A DNA stretch of 64,000 nt from a bacterium (lineage in GTDB: Bacteria > UBP6 > UBA1177 > G963667425): NCBI GenBank assembly GCA_963667425.1, contig OY763407.1, positions 1,281,960-1,345,959 of the forward strand, in the 5' to 3' direction. The translations under genes and the position numbers were made by a program. Shown here in pieces: positions 48,530-57,108 of the stretch. Numbering within the stretch: position 1 is the first letter of the stretch; each line of letters starts with the position of its first letter. The notes under the pieces are model-generated. The model did no database searches. It was not told the origin of the DNA and worked only from the letters and a program-made list of their open reading frames with translations.

Positions 48530-48555
48530 TTGACAAAAAAAAAATTTCATATAGC
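48530..48555 (+). promoter_or_regulatory. Candidate sigma70-like promoter (TTGACA ... TATAGC)
   Basis: TTGACA at 48530 and TATAGC at 48550, separated by a 14-nt A-rich spacer, about 40 nt upstream of the 48594 start. The spacing is short, so the call is weak. Confidence 0.25.
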
Positions 48556-48593
48556 ATCTTTGCGTGTGTTTTTTTTAAGGAAGAAACAAAACC

Positions 48594-48992
48594 ATGCTTT
48601 CAATATATAGAGATAAAAGGCTTGTTGTATACCGGTTTGGAGAGCTCATAGCAGCAAAGGAACTAGAAACCTTCAGAGATGAAATCTACATGATGGAAAG
48701 CAATATGCCGAATTTTTATACAAAGCTTCTTGTGGATTTTTCAAGAACAGAGAAAGTAAATATTGATACATCAGGAATTGCAGAATTTGGAACTGTTGCA
48801 TCAATGATGCTCAGCAAACGAAGTGCAACTGTTTATGTAAGTTGTTTTGCCCCGACACCACTTACCTTTGGTTATGCAAGAATGGCTGAAATGTCAATAA
48901 ACAGCTCAAAAGTTGAATCTTTAGTTGTATCTGATTATGAAACAGCATTAAGGCATATAGGAATTCAGCCCGGAGAACTTCATCTAATTTAA
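48594..48992 (+). CDS. STAS-domain-like protein (putative anti-sigma-factor antagonist-like)
   Basis: ~130-aa alpha/beta pattern with a conserved D.S....S.G element. Weak assignment. Confidence 0.35.
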   Translation: MLSIYRDKRLVVYRFGELIAAKELETFRDEIYMMESNMPNFYTKLLVDFSRTEKVNIDTSGIAEFGTVASMMLSKRSATVYVSCFAPTPLTFGYARMAEMSINSSKVESLVVSDYETALRHIGIQPGELHLI

Positions 48993-49751
48993 TATCTTAT
49001 AATCTTTAAGTTCCATACTGAAAAGATATTCCGTTCCGGCAACACTTCCTGGAACTATAAAAAAACGTCCAGTCATTTCAACCATTGTTACCTGTTTATA
49101 TAACTTTTCTCTATCGATCTGAAAAGGTTTTTCAGGTTTATCCGGGTGATACACATAAATAATATCCGCAAGTGTCGGAGGATTACAGAAAATACATCCT
49201 GACATTACAACCTTTGGATTTGCAAGCCAGAAACGTTTCATTTCTCCACTTTCAGGAACCGTTTCTACAGGCATTATAGTTCCAATTACTGTTGCCGCTA
49301 TTCCATTAAATCCGTTTGCTATCTTATCAGGATAAAAACCTTTTATATGATGATACATGAAAATCTTTTTGAGCCCGAAGAAAGTTATACTTAAAGGTTT
49401 TGCAAAGTTAGCTTCAACAGTTGCTATCTTTTCAGGAGTTTTTCCTTTAGTGACCTTCATATTTGGCTTAATAAAAGAATTTTGCCCATGCTGAGAGTAG
49501 CTGTCTCTTAAAGAAATATCTCCTTCACCTTCAGGAAGAACTTCTTGTTTCTCCACTTTTTCCGATGAATCAGGTTCCTTTACGGTTTCTTTAGCCTTTT
49601 CAGCCTCTTCAACCATTTTTACAAGATCATCCTTCTGTTCAGTCCTTTCAGGTAAGACATTTTCCTCTGAACCTTTTTTCCCAGGCCTTAAAACAGTAAG
49701 CACCGTAACAAAAACAAGCACAGCAGCAACCGCAATAATAACTTTCTTCAT
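48984..49751 (-). CDS. Secreted/periplasmic hypothetical protein (last gene of the ABC transporter operon)
   Basis: Signal peptide MKKVIIAVAAVLVFVTVLT followed by a charged linker. Starts 9 bp downstream of the permease gene. Confidence 0.45.
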   Translation of the reverse strand: MKKVIIAVAAVLVFVTVLTVLRPGKKGSEENVLPERTEQKDDLVKMVEEAEKAKETVKEPDSSEKVEKQEVLPEGEGDISLRDSYSQHGQNSFIKPNMKVTKGKTPEKIATVEANFAKPLSITFFGLKKIFMYHHIKGFYPDKIANGFNGIAATVIGTIMPVETVPESGEMKRFWLANPKVVMSGCIFCNPPTLADIIYVYHPDKPEKPFQIDREKLYKQVTMVEMTGRFFIVPGSVAGTEYLFSMELKDYKILN

Positions 49752-49760
49752 AACCTTCCT

Positions 49761-51113
49761 TTAATTTTTGGCAATTTCCTCAACAAGATTCATACTGTAA
49801 ATCCTTATCATACCGATCAGTGCCAAAATCTGACTGGCAATGAGTGTAACTATTATCCCCATTATTTCAATATTTGTTATAATAAACGGCTCAATATTAA
49901 CTGTCATAGCAGCATCAAGAGCAGGTTTGAAATAAAGAAGAAGAAGCGGTCCGACAACTATTCCTAAAAGAAGACCTAACGCCGTAATTATAAAAGTTTC
50001 TATAACAACCATACTGGATATTGCAGTACGACCCACACCAAGAGAACGCATAAGAGCAAGATCACGCTTTCTCTCATTAATACCCATCATAATCGTGACA
50101 CTTATCATAAGAAGAACAATAACAAGTACAGCATAACTGAAAATACCGACAGCCTTTTCAGCAGTATTCATATATTCAATAAGCCTTCTGACAGTTTTTG
50201 AAGTATTAACAGCAGTTGTTCCCTCTCTGGCAGAATAAATACTCTCCATCTCAACAGTTGCAATAGGATTAACAGTTCTTACAACAATTGCAGTAAGCTT
50301 TCCGGATGTAAGCATTCCCTTCTCGTGATGATGTTCTTCTTCACCTTCAGCATGATGCTCAGCATGTTCATTATGATGTTCAGCAGTTTCATCATGAGGT
50401 TCAGTTTTAGCTTCAGCATGTTCATCATGATGCTCAGAATGCTCATGATGCATATTATCATGAACAGCCCAGACAGCCTTATAATTTGAATAAATAGCAT
50501 AATCTTCAGGACCATTTACTTTTGCCAAGATTCCTGCAACCTTATACTTGAAATTTGCATGATGATGAGCATGAGCACTTCCAACCATACCGTGAGAACC
50601 TGAAAACGTATCGCCGACAGCAAGAGAAGCCCTCTCTGCCGCTTCATAACCGACAACGACCCTGTGAATATCATCATCGGAAAGTAAATCGCCCTTTACA
50701 GAAGAATCCTTAGCCACATAACCCTTACCGATCCAATCTACAAACTGCTGATTTGTGCCAATAAGCTGAATAGATTTATAATTATCTGCAACAGCAATAG
50801 GATAAGCATCTATAACGTGCTTTTTATCAGCAAGAATCTCCTTATAAACATCATCAGTAATAAGTCCATGAGGCTTATCAAGATGAAAAACAGTAGACAT
50901 AACAAGCTGCGTATCGCTGGTTCCTTCAGCACCGATAATAAGCGGATACTTTATCCCGTTATCAGAAGCCGAATGAGCAAAAGCAAAAAGAACAGAACCG
51001 GTAAAAGAAAGGAACGTAAAAGCAAGCGCTATAGAAACAACAGAAACAGCAACAGCAAACTTTCTATGCTTCATATAATGAAACACACTTTTAAGAATAA
51101 GCTTAAATCTCAT
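49761..51113 (-). CDS. ABC transporter permease (FtsX/MacB-like) with a His-rich periplasmic segment
   Basis: The four C-terminal TM helices have the FtsX-family pattern. The large extracytoplasmic domain carries HAHHHANF...HDNMHHEHSEHHDEHAEAKTEPHDETAEHHNEHAEHHAEGEEEHHHEKG. Probable start at MRFKLILK, preceded by AGGAGG. Confidence 0.7.
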   Translation of the reverse strand: MRFKLILKSVFHYMKHRKFAVAVSVVSIALAFTFLSFTGSVLFAFAHSASDNGIKYPLIIGAEGTSDTQLVMSTVFHLDKPHGLITDDVYKEILADKKHVIDAYPIAVADNYKSIQLIGTNQQFVDWIGKGYVAKDSSVKGDLLSDDDIHRVVVGYEAAERASLAVGDTFSGSHGMVGSAHAHHHANFKYKVAGILAKVNGPEDYAIYSNYKAVWAVHDNMHHEHSEHHDEHAEAKTEPHDETAEHHNEHAEHHAEGEEEHHHEKGMLTSGKLTAIVVRTVNPIATVEMESIYSAREGTTAVNTSKTVRRLIEYMNTAEKAVGIFSYAVLVIVLLMISVTIMMGINERKRDLALMRSLGVGRTAISSMVVIETFIITALGLLLGIVVGPLLLLYFKPALDAAMTVNIEPFIITNIEIMGIIVTLIASQILALIGMIRIYSMNLVEEIAKN

Positions 51114-51780
51114 CTTCAAACCTCCTCTTCTCAAAATCATAAACCACATCAGCCTTATGAGAATCAAAAGTCGAATCATGAGATGCAATAATTACCGTTG
51201 TGCCATTTTTATTAAGCTTTAAAAGCGATTCCTTAACAATAGAAGCCGAAATCTTATCAAGACTTGCAGTAGGCTCATCAGCAAGAACAACAGAATAATC
51301 AGAAAAAAGAACCCTTGCAACAGCAACCCTCTGACGCTGTCCGACAGAAAGATGATAAACAGGCTTTGCATAATAACCCTTTAACCCGAGTTCATCAAGA
51401 ATCTCCTTAGCCCTTGAATTATCCGAAGCCGTATGTTTACCGGTAATAATTGCAGGAAAACAGACATTTTCAAGCACATTAAGAGGAGCAAGCAAATTAA
51501 AAGTCTGAAAAATATAACCGATATTCTTTGCCCTGAAAAGATCTCTCTTATGCTCACTTAAAGTTGAAATATCAGTGCCGTCCAAAGTCATCTTTCCTTT
51601 CTGAGGAAGAATGAGACCCGAAACAACATTAAGAAACGTCGATTTACCGCTGCCGCTTCCACCCTTAAGATAAAAAAGCGAACCCTTTTTAAGATTAAGA
51701 TTCATATCTTCAATAACTCTGTTCTCCTTTCCATCAGTCCCCTTGTAGGAAACAGAGACGTTATTTAAAACGATATCCAT
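51103..51780 (-). CDS. ABC transporter ATP-binding protein (LolD/MacB-type)
   Basis: Walker A GGSGSGKST, Q-loop, signature LSVGQRQRVAVAR, Walker B VVLADEPT, H-loop SHD. Confidence 0.85.
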   Translation of the reverse strand: MDIVLNNVSVSYKGTDGKENRVIEDMNLNLKKGSLFYLKGGSGSGKSTFLNVVSGLILPQKGKMTLDGTDISTLSEHKRDLFRAKNIGYIFQTFNLLAPLNVLENVCFPAIITGKHTASDNSRAKEILDELGLKGYYAKPVYHLSVGQRQRVAVARVLFSDYSVVLADEPTASLDKISASIVKESLLKLNKNGTTVIIASHDSTFDSHKADVVYDFEKRRFEDEI

Positions 51781-51810
51781 AAAAAACTCCTTTCATAAAA
51801 ATAAAAAACC

Positions 51811-52317
51811 TTAAAAACCATAATGAAAAGAGAAAGGAGGCGAATTCTTAGGAGCAAAATAAAGAATTAAAGCCCTGTAAAAATACCTTTTGAAAAAACC
51901 AGGCAGAACATTCGAAAAACCGCACTTAAAAATCGAAAACAAAAACAAAGCGACAAGAGGAAAATAAGAAAAAATAAACTTAATAACCCCGCAGTCATCA
52001 ATATCAGAATTATGATGATGAGACTCCTTTATAAAAGAAAAAGCCGCACCATCAAAAAGAAGAGAAAAATCATCCTCATCATCATGACAATGTTCAAAAC
52101 GGTGAAAATCATTATTCCAATAGTGTTTTACAGAAGCAAAATGAAAAGAGAAGAAAAATATGTTCAGCAGAAAAAGAGAAATAATAAAAAAAGAAACTTT
52201 TCTGACAAAAGAACTCATAACATCCTTCTTAAAAAACCACCCATTGCTACCATAAAAATGAATACATTGCAAGAGATGAACATAATAGGAACTAAATTTA
52301 TTCCTAAAATAAAACAA
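51811..52317 (-). CDS. Small His/Asp-rich membrane protein (hypothetical; first gene of the transporter operon)
   Basis: Two hydrophobic segments flank HCHDDEDD and ESHHHNSDIDDCG. The start is uncertain; MSSFVRK is an alternative. Confidence 0.35.
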   Translation of the reverse strand: MFYFRNKFSSYYVHLLQCIHFYGSNGWFFKKDVMSSFVRKVSFFIISLFLLNIFFFSFHFASVKHYWNNDFHRFEHCHDDEDDFSLLFDGAAFSFIKESHHHNSDIDDCGVIKFIFSYFPLVALFLFSIFKCGFSNVLPGFFKRYFYRALILYFAPKNSPPFSFHYGF

Positions 52318-52487
52318 ACTCCAGCTCCGTTTTTCTTAAGCAAAAAACACACCCGACTTATTTGTAAAGTCATTTAAATACATTATAAAAACTTAAAACC
52401 GAAACATACCCACCTCATTTCTGGCATAAAATATAAAATCAGTTAAACTAAAGAAGAAAAATTTTTTAACCATTCAAGGAGGAGCAA

Positions 52488-53072
52488 ATGAGCATTTTAA
52501 ATCGCAGCACATTCTTCGTAAAAGAACACACAGGAATACTCAAAGCGGCAAACAACTACGACATACTGGACCCCGACACAAAAGAAATCATACTTGAATG
52601 CCGTGAAGAAACACTTGGATTCTTCACCAAACTTTTAAGATTCACCGACTACAAAAGAATGACACCATTTGACGTAACAATAAGAAAACCCAACGGCGAG
52701 CAAGTAATAAGAGTATCAAGAGGAATCTCTATCTTTCTTTCAAAAGTCTCAGTCTTCGATGAAAATAACAACTACATAGGCGGATTTAAACAGAAACTCT
52801 TTTCAATCGGCGGCAAATTCAACGTACTCAACGAAAAAGAAGAGGAAATATGCCAGCTGAAAGGTAAATGGACAAGCTGGGATTTTAAATTCATAAACGG
52901 CGCGACAGAATACGCCCACGTATCAAAAAAATGGGCAGGACTCGGAAAAGAACTCTTCACCACAGCAGACAACTACATGCTGGAAATATATGAAACAGCA
53001 CCAAAAGATTCAAACTTAAGAAAACTCATACTCGCCGCCGTAATGTGCATCGACATGGTACTTAAAGAATAA
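52488..53072 (+). CDS. Hypothetical protein, possibly LURP-one-related/DUF567 (tubby-like fold)
   Basis: 194-aa beta-rich protein. Weak resemblance only. Confidence 0.3.
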   Translation: MSILNRSTFFVKEHTGILKAANNYDILDPDTKEIILECREETLGFFTKLLRFTDYKRMTPFDVTIRKPNGEQVIRVSRGISIFLSKVSVFDENNNYIGGFKQKLFSIGGKFNVLNEKEEEICQLKGKWTSWDFKFINGATEYAHVSKKWAGLGKELFTTADNYMLEIYETAPKDSNLRKLILAAVMCIDMVLKE

Positions 53073-53088
53073 ACTAAGAGAAATTTAA

Positions 53089-53424
53089 ATGTTATCCCTT
53101 ATAACAAAACTAATATCAGAACTCATAGCATCCGCACTGATAATGCTCGGATACATAAAATATGTACTTCCAATAATCATGGAATCATACCCGGACACAT
53201 CAAAAACAAAATGCTTGGGGCTCTTTATAATCTATTCAATAATTGGATACTACCTGACAAAAATGCTCAGCTATTTTAATTCAGAACCGCCCGAAAGACC
53301 ACTTGGCAATAAAAACAGAGCCGTAGTAAGCGTCTACCTGCTATCAAAACTATTCTTTTTACCCGGCAAAATCTTTTTAACACCAGTAATAGACCTTATA
53401 AACATAAGAAAAATGATAAAATAA
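53089..53424 (+). CDS. Small membrane protein (hypothetical)
   Basis: Three predicted TM segments. No motif recognised. Confidence 0.35.
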   Translation: MLSLITKLISELIASALIMLGYIKYVLPIIMESYPDTSKTKCLGLFIIYSIIGYYLTKMLSYFNSEPPERPLGNKNRAVVSVYLLSKLFFLPGKIFLTPVIDLINIRKMIK

Positions 53425-53435
53425 AATACTCAAAA

Positions 53436-53863
53436 TCATTTAGGACCAGCACCAATAACCATCTTGCCCATATAATATTTCCTTTTTATCTCGGAAGACC
53501 TCTTAACAAACTCATCCTCGCCATGCCTTTCTATAACACAAAGATTAAAAACCTTCGTATTATGAGGCAAAATCCCAGCCCTGTCAGCAGCAGGATTCAA
53601 CATATCACAAGGGAAATCATTACATTCAAAACAATATTTTACCTTTTTATTATCAACGCACTTATAAGTTTCGCAAGTGCCGTTAATAACAGGACACTCA
53701 CCCTTTAAACCCCTGCAACCCAAGCAGGGAAGCTTATCTTCAGGAATCCCCTTTGAAAGCAGATAATTAAAAAGATTCTATCATCCCTGCAAATATAAAG
53801 CTCACAATTCCCGCAATCAATACCACAAGGAGCAACCAAATCAATTCTCTCTTTTGCAACCAT
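53436..53863 (-). pseudogene. DUF3795-like Cys-rich protein gene, apparently frameshifted
   Basis: An N-terminal MVAKERIDLVAPCGIDCGNCELY is in one frame. The rest (...GIPEDKLPCLGCRGLKGECPVINGTCETYKC...FECNDFPCD) is in another frame. The frames change near an A5/T5 run at 53769-53773. Confidence 0.45.
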
Positions 53864-54098
53864 AACAGCACCTCTTAAAAACTCAACAGGTTCATGAATA
53901 AAACCTAATAACCACTAAAAATTAAGACATTTTCATCAACAAGTCAAGGAAGGAGAAAAAACAAACCTGCATTTCCACCAGAAAATGCTCCACCGGCTAT
54001 AAATAAAGCATAACACTCTTAGGAAAATGCTTAACCATCAAAGAAAAAGATGAAAAATCCGCAAGTTTGAAACCAAGCTTCTCAAAAAAATGACTCTG

Positions 54099-54203
54099 CT
54101 TCTTCAGTTTAAGCTTCAGCTTCTTTAGTTTAAGCCCCAGCTCCTTTAGTTTAAGCCTTAGCTTCTTTAATTTAAACCGCAGCTTCCTCAGTTTGTGCTC
54201 CGT
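54099..54203. repeat. Tandem repeat, 5 x 21 bp (CTTCTTYAGTTTAAGCYYYAG), abutting the CRISPR trailer
   Basis: Units at 54099, 54120, 54141, 54162 and 54183; the last is degenerate. Confidence 0.85.
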
Positions 54204-54217
54204 CGCAATAAAAGAGG

Positions 54218-55072
54218 CTACAAGAGCAGAGAAATTATGGTGTTTCCATAGATTTACTACACAACCAACTTTGATTAGAATCTACAACAGTAGAAATTAT
54301 GGTGTTTCCATAGATTTCGCTCAATTCGAAACAGGAACAAGCTATCTACAACAGTAGAAATTATGGTGTTTCCATAGATTTCTAACGACGAGATGGTTAA
54401 TACACTATCTACAACAGTAGAAATTATGGTGTTTCCATAGATAAACTCTATAGCCGTCAATCTCCTGCTTATCTACAACAGTAGAAATTATGGTGTTTCC
54501 ATAGACATACAAGCGGTTCAAGCGTAACAGTATCTACAACAGTAGAAATTATGGTGTTTCCATAGATAAAATGAGCATACTAAGAGAGTTTTTTAATCTA
54601 CAACAGTAGAAATTATGGTGTTTCCATAGATGCGACAGCAAGACTTAAAGCGACTTATGATCTACAACAGTAGAAATTATGGTGTTTCCATAGATAGATT
54701 AAGAATAAAAACAGCTTTTAAATCTACAACAGTAGAAATTATGGTGTTTCCATAGATTCTCGTAATCTTGGTATCGCAGTAGATATCTACAACAGTAGAA
54801 ATTATGGTGTTTCCATAGATTTTCTGAAGAATATTATCAGGAATATTATCTACAACAGTAGAAATTATGGTGTTTCCATAGATAGGTGCTCCCAGAACAT
54901 GCAGCTTGTAATCTACAACAGTAGAAATTATGGTGTTTCCATAGATCATACTGGGAAGAAAAAGGGAGGTGCGATCTACAACAGTAGAAATTATGGTGTT
55001 TCCATAGATTTTTCCACCCGTAAGTTGAGGGTCAAAATCTACAACAGTAGAAATTATGGTGTTTCCATAGAT
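54218..55072 (-). CRISPR. CRISPR array: 13 full 36-bp repeats plus one degenerate trailer repeat, 13 spacers of 25-28 bp; Cas12a-type repeat, transcribed on the minus strand
   Basis: Plus-strand repeat ATCTACAACAGTAGAAATTATGGTGTTTCCATAGAT at 54280, 54344, 54407, 54471, 54532, 54596, 54660, 54722, 54785, 54848, 54911, 54974 and 55037. Its reverse complement ends in AATTTCTACTGTTGTAGAT, the Cas12a crRNA 5' handle with a TCTAC/GTAGA stem. A degenerate copy lies at 54218-54253. The repeat at 54471 ends in C. Confidence 0.97.
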
Positions 55073-55296
55073 AAGTGAGTTTCTATGGAAACTTAAAGTA
55101 TAAGCAACAACAGCTACTTATTTTACAATAAAAAACAGTCTTTTAATACCCCTTTGAAAAGTTCTTTTCTCGAATTTCAAAGAGCTTCATCATGAAAACA
55201 CCTTTAAATACTTTTATATATTAAAGGTTTCTTTAAAGCAAGTTTTCACATTCAGACAAAAAAGGATTTTCAGCTAATCAAGAGTTTGCAAAAATA

Positions 55297-55590
55297 TTAA
55301 TCTATAAAGATCATTTCCTGATTCAAATGCTGAGCATTTCCATAAGTTATTGCTTCATTCATATTGGTAAAAAATATAATTATACTGTCATCTTCTGTAA
55401 ATCTTGGCTTAAATTTTCGTTTGATCTTTTCACACAGAAGATTTATCACTCTTGGAGAATTGACTACTTCAAACACTGAAAACTGAATACGAACACCATG
55501 CTTTAAAAGAAACTCAGAAACATGTCTTCTCAATTTGTCATCCTGAATGTCATAGGTAATTATAATACTATTTTTCTCCATTGGTTTCAC
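55297..55590 (-). CDS. cas2: CRISPR-associated endoribonuclease Cas2
   Basis: IIITYDIQDDKLRRHVSEFLLKHGVRIQFSVFEV Cas2 signature. Overlaps cas1 by 4 bp. Confidence 0.9.
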   Translation of the reverse strand: MKPMEKNSIIITYDIQDDKLRRHVSEFLLKHGVRIQFSVFEVVNSPRVINLLCEKIKRKFKPRFTEDDSIIIFFTNMNEAITYGNAQHLNQEMIFID

Positions 55591-56558
55591 CTGTATATAA
55601 AGTTAGGATAAGCATCTATTGATTTTTCACCCATAAAAGCCCGATAATAACCTTGTATGTATTTAAAAACATCCATTTTATGAGAAATTATAGCTGTATA
55701 AAACTCTTTTGTATATTTGGAATTCATACCATATTTCAAATAGTAGGCATTGTTTCTCTTTTCAAAGTCTTTTGTCTTAAAAGTGCCATAATTAAAAGAT
55801 TTTCTCATTGTATGATCTATTATGCATCTAAAGGGTTCCATAAGATCACAAACAAGCGACTTTCGTTTAAACCATAGCTGATGATAAACACCAACGTATA
55901 GATCAAAACCAAAAAGCCGACACATATTCTCAACAAAATTAAACATAAATGTATATCCTATATCCAGACATGCATTGTAAGGATCAATTTTTATTCTAGG
56001 TTTTCTTCCTTTCCAATCAAACGTATCAAAATAAGCTTTAAAAAAACGTTTTGCGATTCTCCCTTCAAGAGCCATAAGATCTCTGAGCTCTCCTTTTTTA
56101 TGACAGCTTTCTATTGCTTGCATTATATCATTTTGCGCAGAAACTGTTAGTTCATCTTTCTTTCTGGTTTTTTCAAGCAGACAAAGCTGATTTATAAATT
56201 TGTTTTTTACAAAATGACAGCCAAGATCTAGACGACAGGCTGGCTGTAAGTGCTGATGTTTCCTTAAAACATAATTTGCATCGGCAAAATTGCCAAAATA
56301 GTAGACGCTTCTAAAATTAGGTTTCATAACAACAATAGGAACTTTGTATTTATTGCATTTTTCAATCAAACTTGTAGTTATTGACATGTGCCCTATAACT
56401 ATTAGAAAAAGAATTTTAGGAAATGGGAATTTGGTAACCGTTTTATTATTATCAGTGTCCAGTAAATGAAGAAATCCAGATTTAACATGCAAATGTTGGC
56501 AGTCCTTTCCATTTATTACAAAAATGGATTTGTTTTCAATATCTTTATGCGTAAACAT
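55587..56558 (-). CDS. cas1: CRISPR-associated integrase Cas1
   Basis: ALEG, DPYNACLDIGY, GVYH and LVCDLMEPFRC motifs. The start is set at MFTHKDIENK; the longer ORF-track start would overlap cas4 by about 100 nt. Confidence 0.9.
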   Translation of the reverse strand: MFTHKDIENKSIFVINGKDCQHLHVKSGFLHLLDTDNNKTVTKFPFPKILFLIVIGHMSITTSLIEKCNKYKVPIVVMKPNFRSVYYFGNFADANYVLRKHQHLQPACRLDLGCHFVKNKFINQLCLLEKTRKKDELTVSAQNDIMQAIESCHKKGELRDLMALEGRIAKRFFKAYFDTFDWKGRKPRIKIDPYNACLDIGYTFMFNFVENMCRLFGFDLYVGVYHQLWFKRKSLVCDLMEPFRCIIDHTMRKSFNYGTFKTKDFEKRNNAYYLKYGMNSKYTKEFYTAIISHKMDVFKYIQGYYRAFMGEKSIDAYPNFIYR

Positions 56559-57108
56559 GTTCTTCTCCTGTTTTATCACACAATGAACTGTAAATGCAGT
56601 GTCTGCACTTATTTTGATTAACTTCAGCACAAAAACTAAATGGATCAAAGGTCATAATTTTATTAACATGAGAACTAAGCTCTTCAAACTCTGCTTTTGA
56701 AGGTATATCAAGAGCCAATCTTTTTTTATCTATCATTGAAACGAGCTCTAAACTATCTACTTTAAATCCCATTTCTATAAGACAAAAATATTGAGCCCAG
56801 ATCTGATAATAAAAACCCTGATAAACTGTTTTTATCTGCCTTTTATATTCAATAAGATGCTTTGAATCAGGATAGTAAACATCTATTTTTCCAAAAAGTT
56901 TAAGTTTATCTGAAATAACATAAATACCACGCATACCTTTGGCATGAACTGTTGGAGAATCTATCTTTGTATGTGCTGTCTTTCCTTTCTGCTGTGGAGC
57001 CGCTGAAAAAGTCTCAGATTCACCTGAATCAAAAATCTGATGCAGATATATTGAATATGGACAAAAAATAAAATCGTTGAGATAGCTTAAAGGGATATGG
57101 TCATTCAT
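56545..57108 (-). CDS. cas4: CRISPR-associated Cas4 (RecB-like nuclease with C-terminal Cys cluster)
   Basis: N-terminal C (FIFCPYSIY) and a C-terminal C...CRHC...C cluster. Adjacent to and overlapping cas1 and the effector gene, as in V-A loci. Confidence 0.8.
   Translation of the reverse strand: MNDHIPLSYLNDFIFCPYSIYLHQIFDSGESETFSAAPQQKGKTAHTKIDSPTVHAKGMRGIYVISDKLKLFGKIDVYYPDSKHLIEYKRQIKTVYQGFYYQIWAQYFCLIEMGFKVDSLELVSMIDKKRLALDIPSKAEFEELSSHVNKIMTFDPFSFCAEVNQNKCRHCIYSSLCDKTGEEHVYA

Noticed and set aside
50279-51191. ORFs 50279..50515 (-) and 50817..51191 (+) inside the ABC permease gene
   Set aside because: They are antisense or alternative frames of the His-rich region with low-complexity translations. 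They are inconsistent with the strong FtsX-like frame.
52012-52377. K/R-rich 121-aa ORF on the plus strand
   Set aside because: It is antisense to the His/Asp-rich small membrane protein gene, with no RBS, and reflects codon complementarity.
54099-54203. K/L heptad-repeat reading frame across the 21-bp tandem repeat (minus strand)
   Set aside because: It has no ATG, GTG or TTG start, and the frame is open into the CRISPR array. A DNA- or RNA-level repeat is more likely than a peptide.
54275-54949. ORFs 54275..54460 (-) and 54677..54949 (-) with the recurring peptide IYGNTIISTVVD
   Set aside because: They are translations of the CRISPR repeat itself, so the periodic peptide is an artefact.
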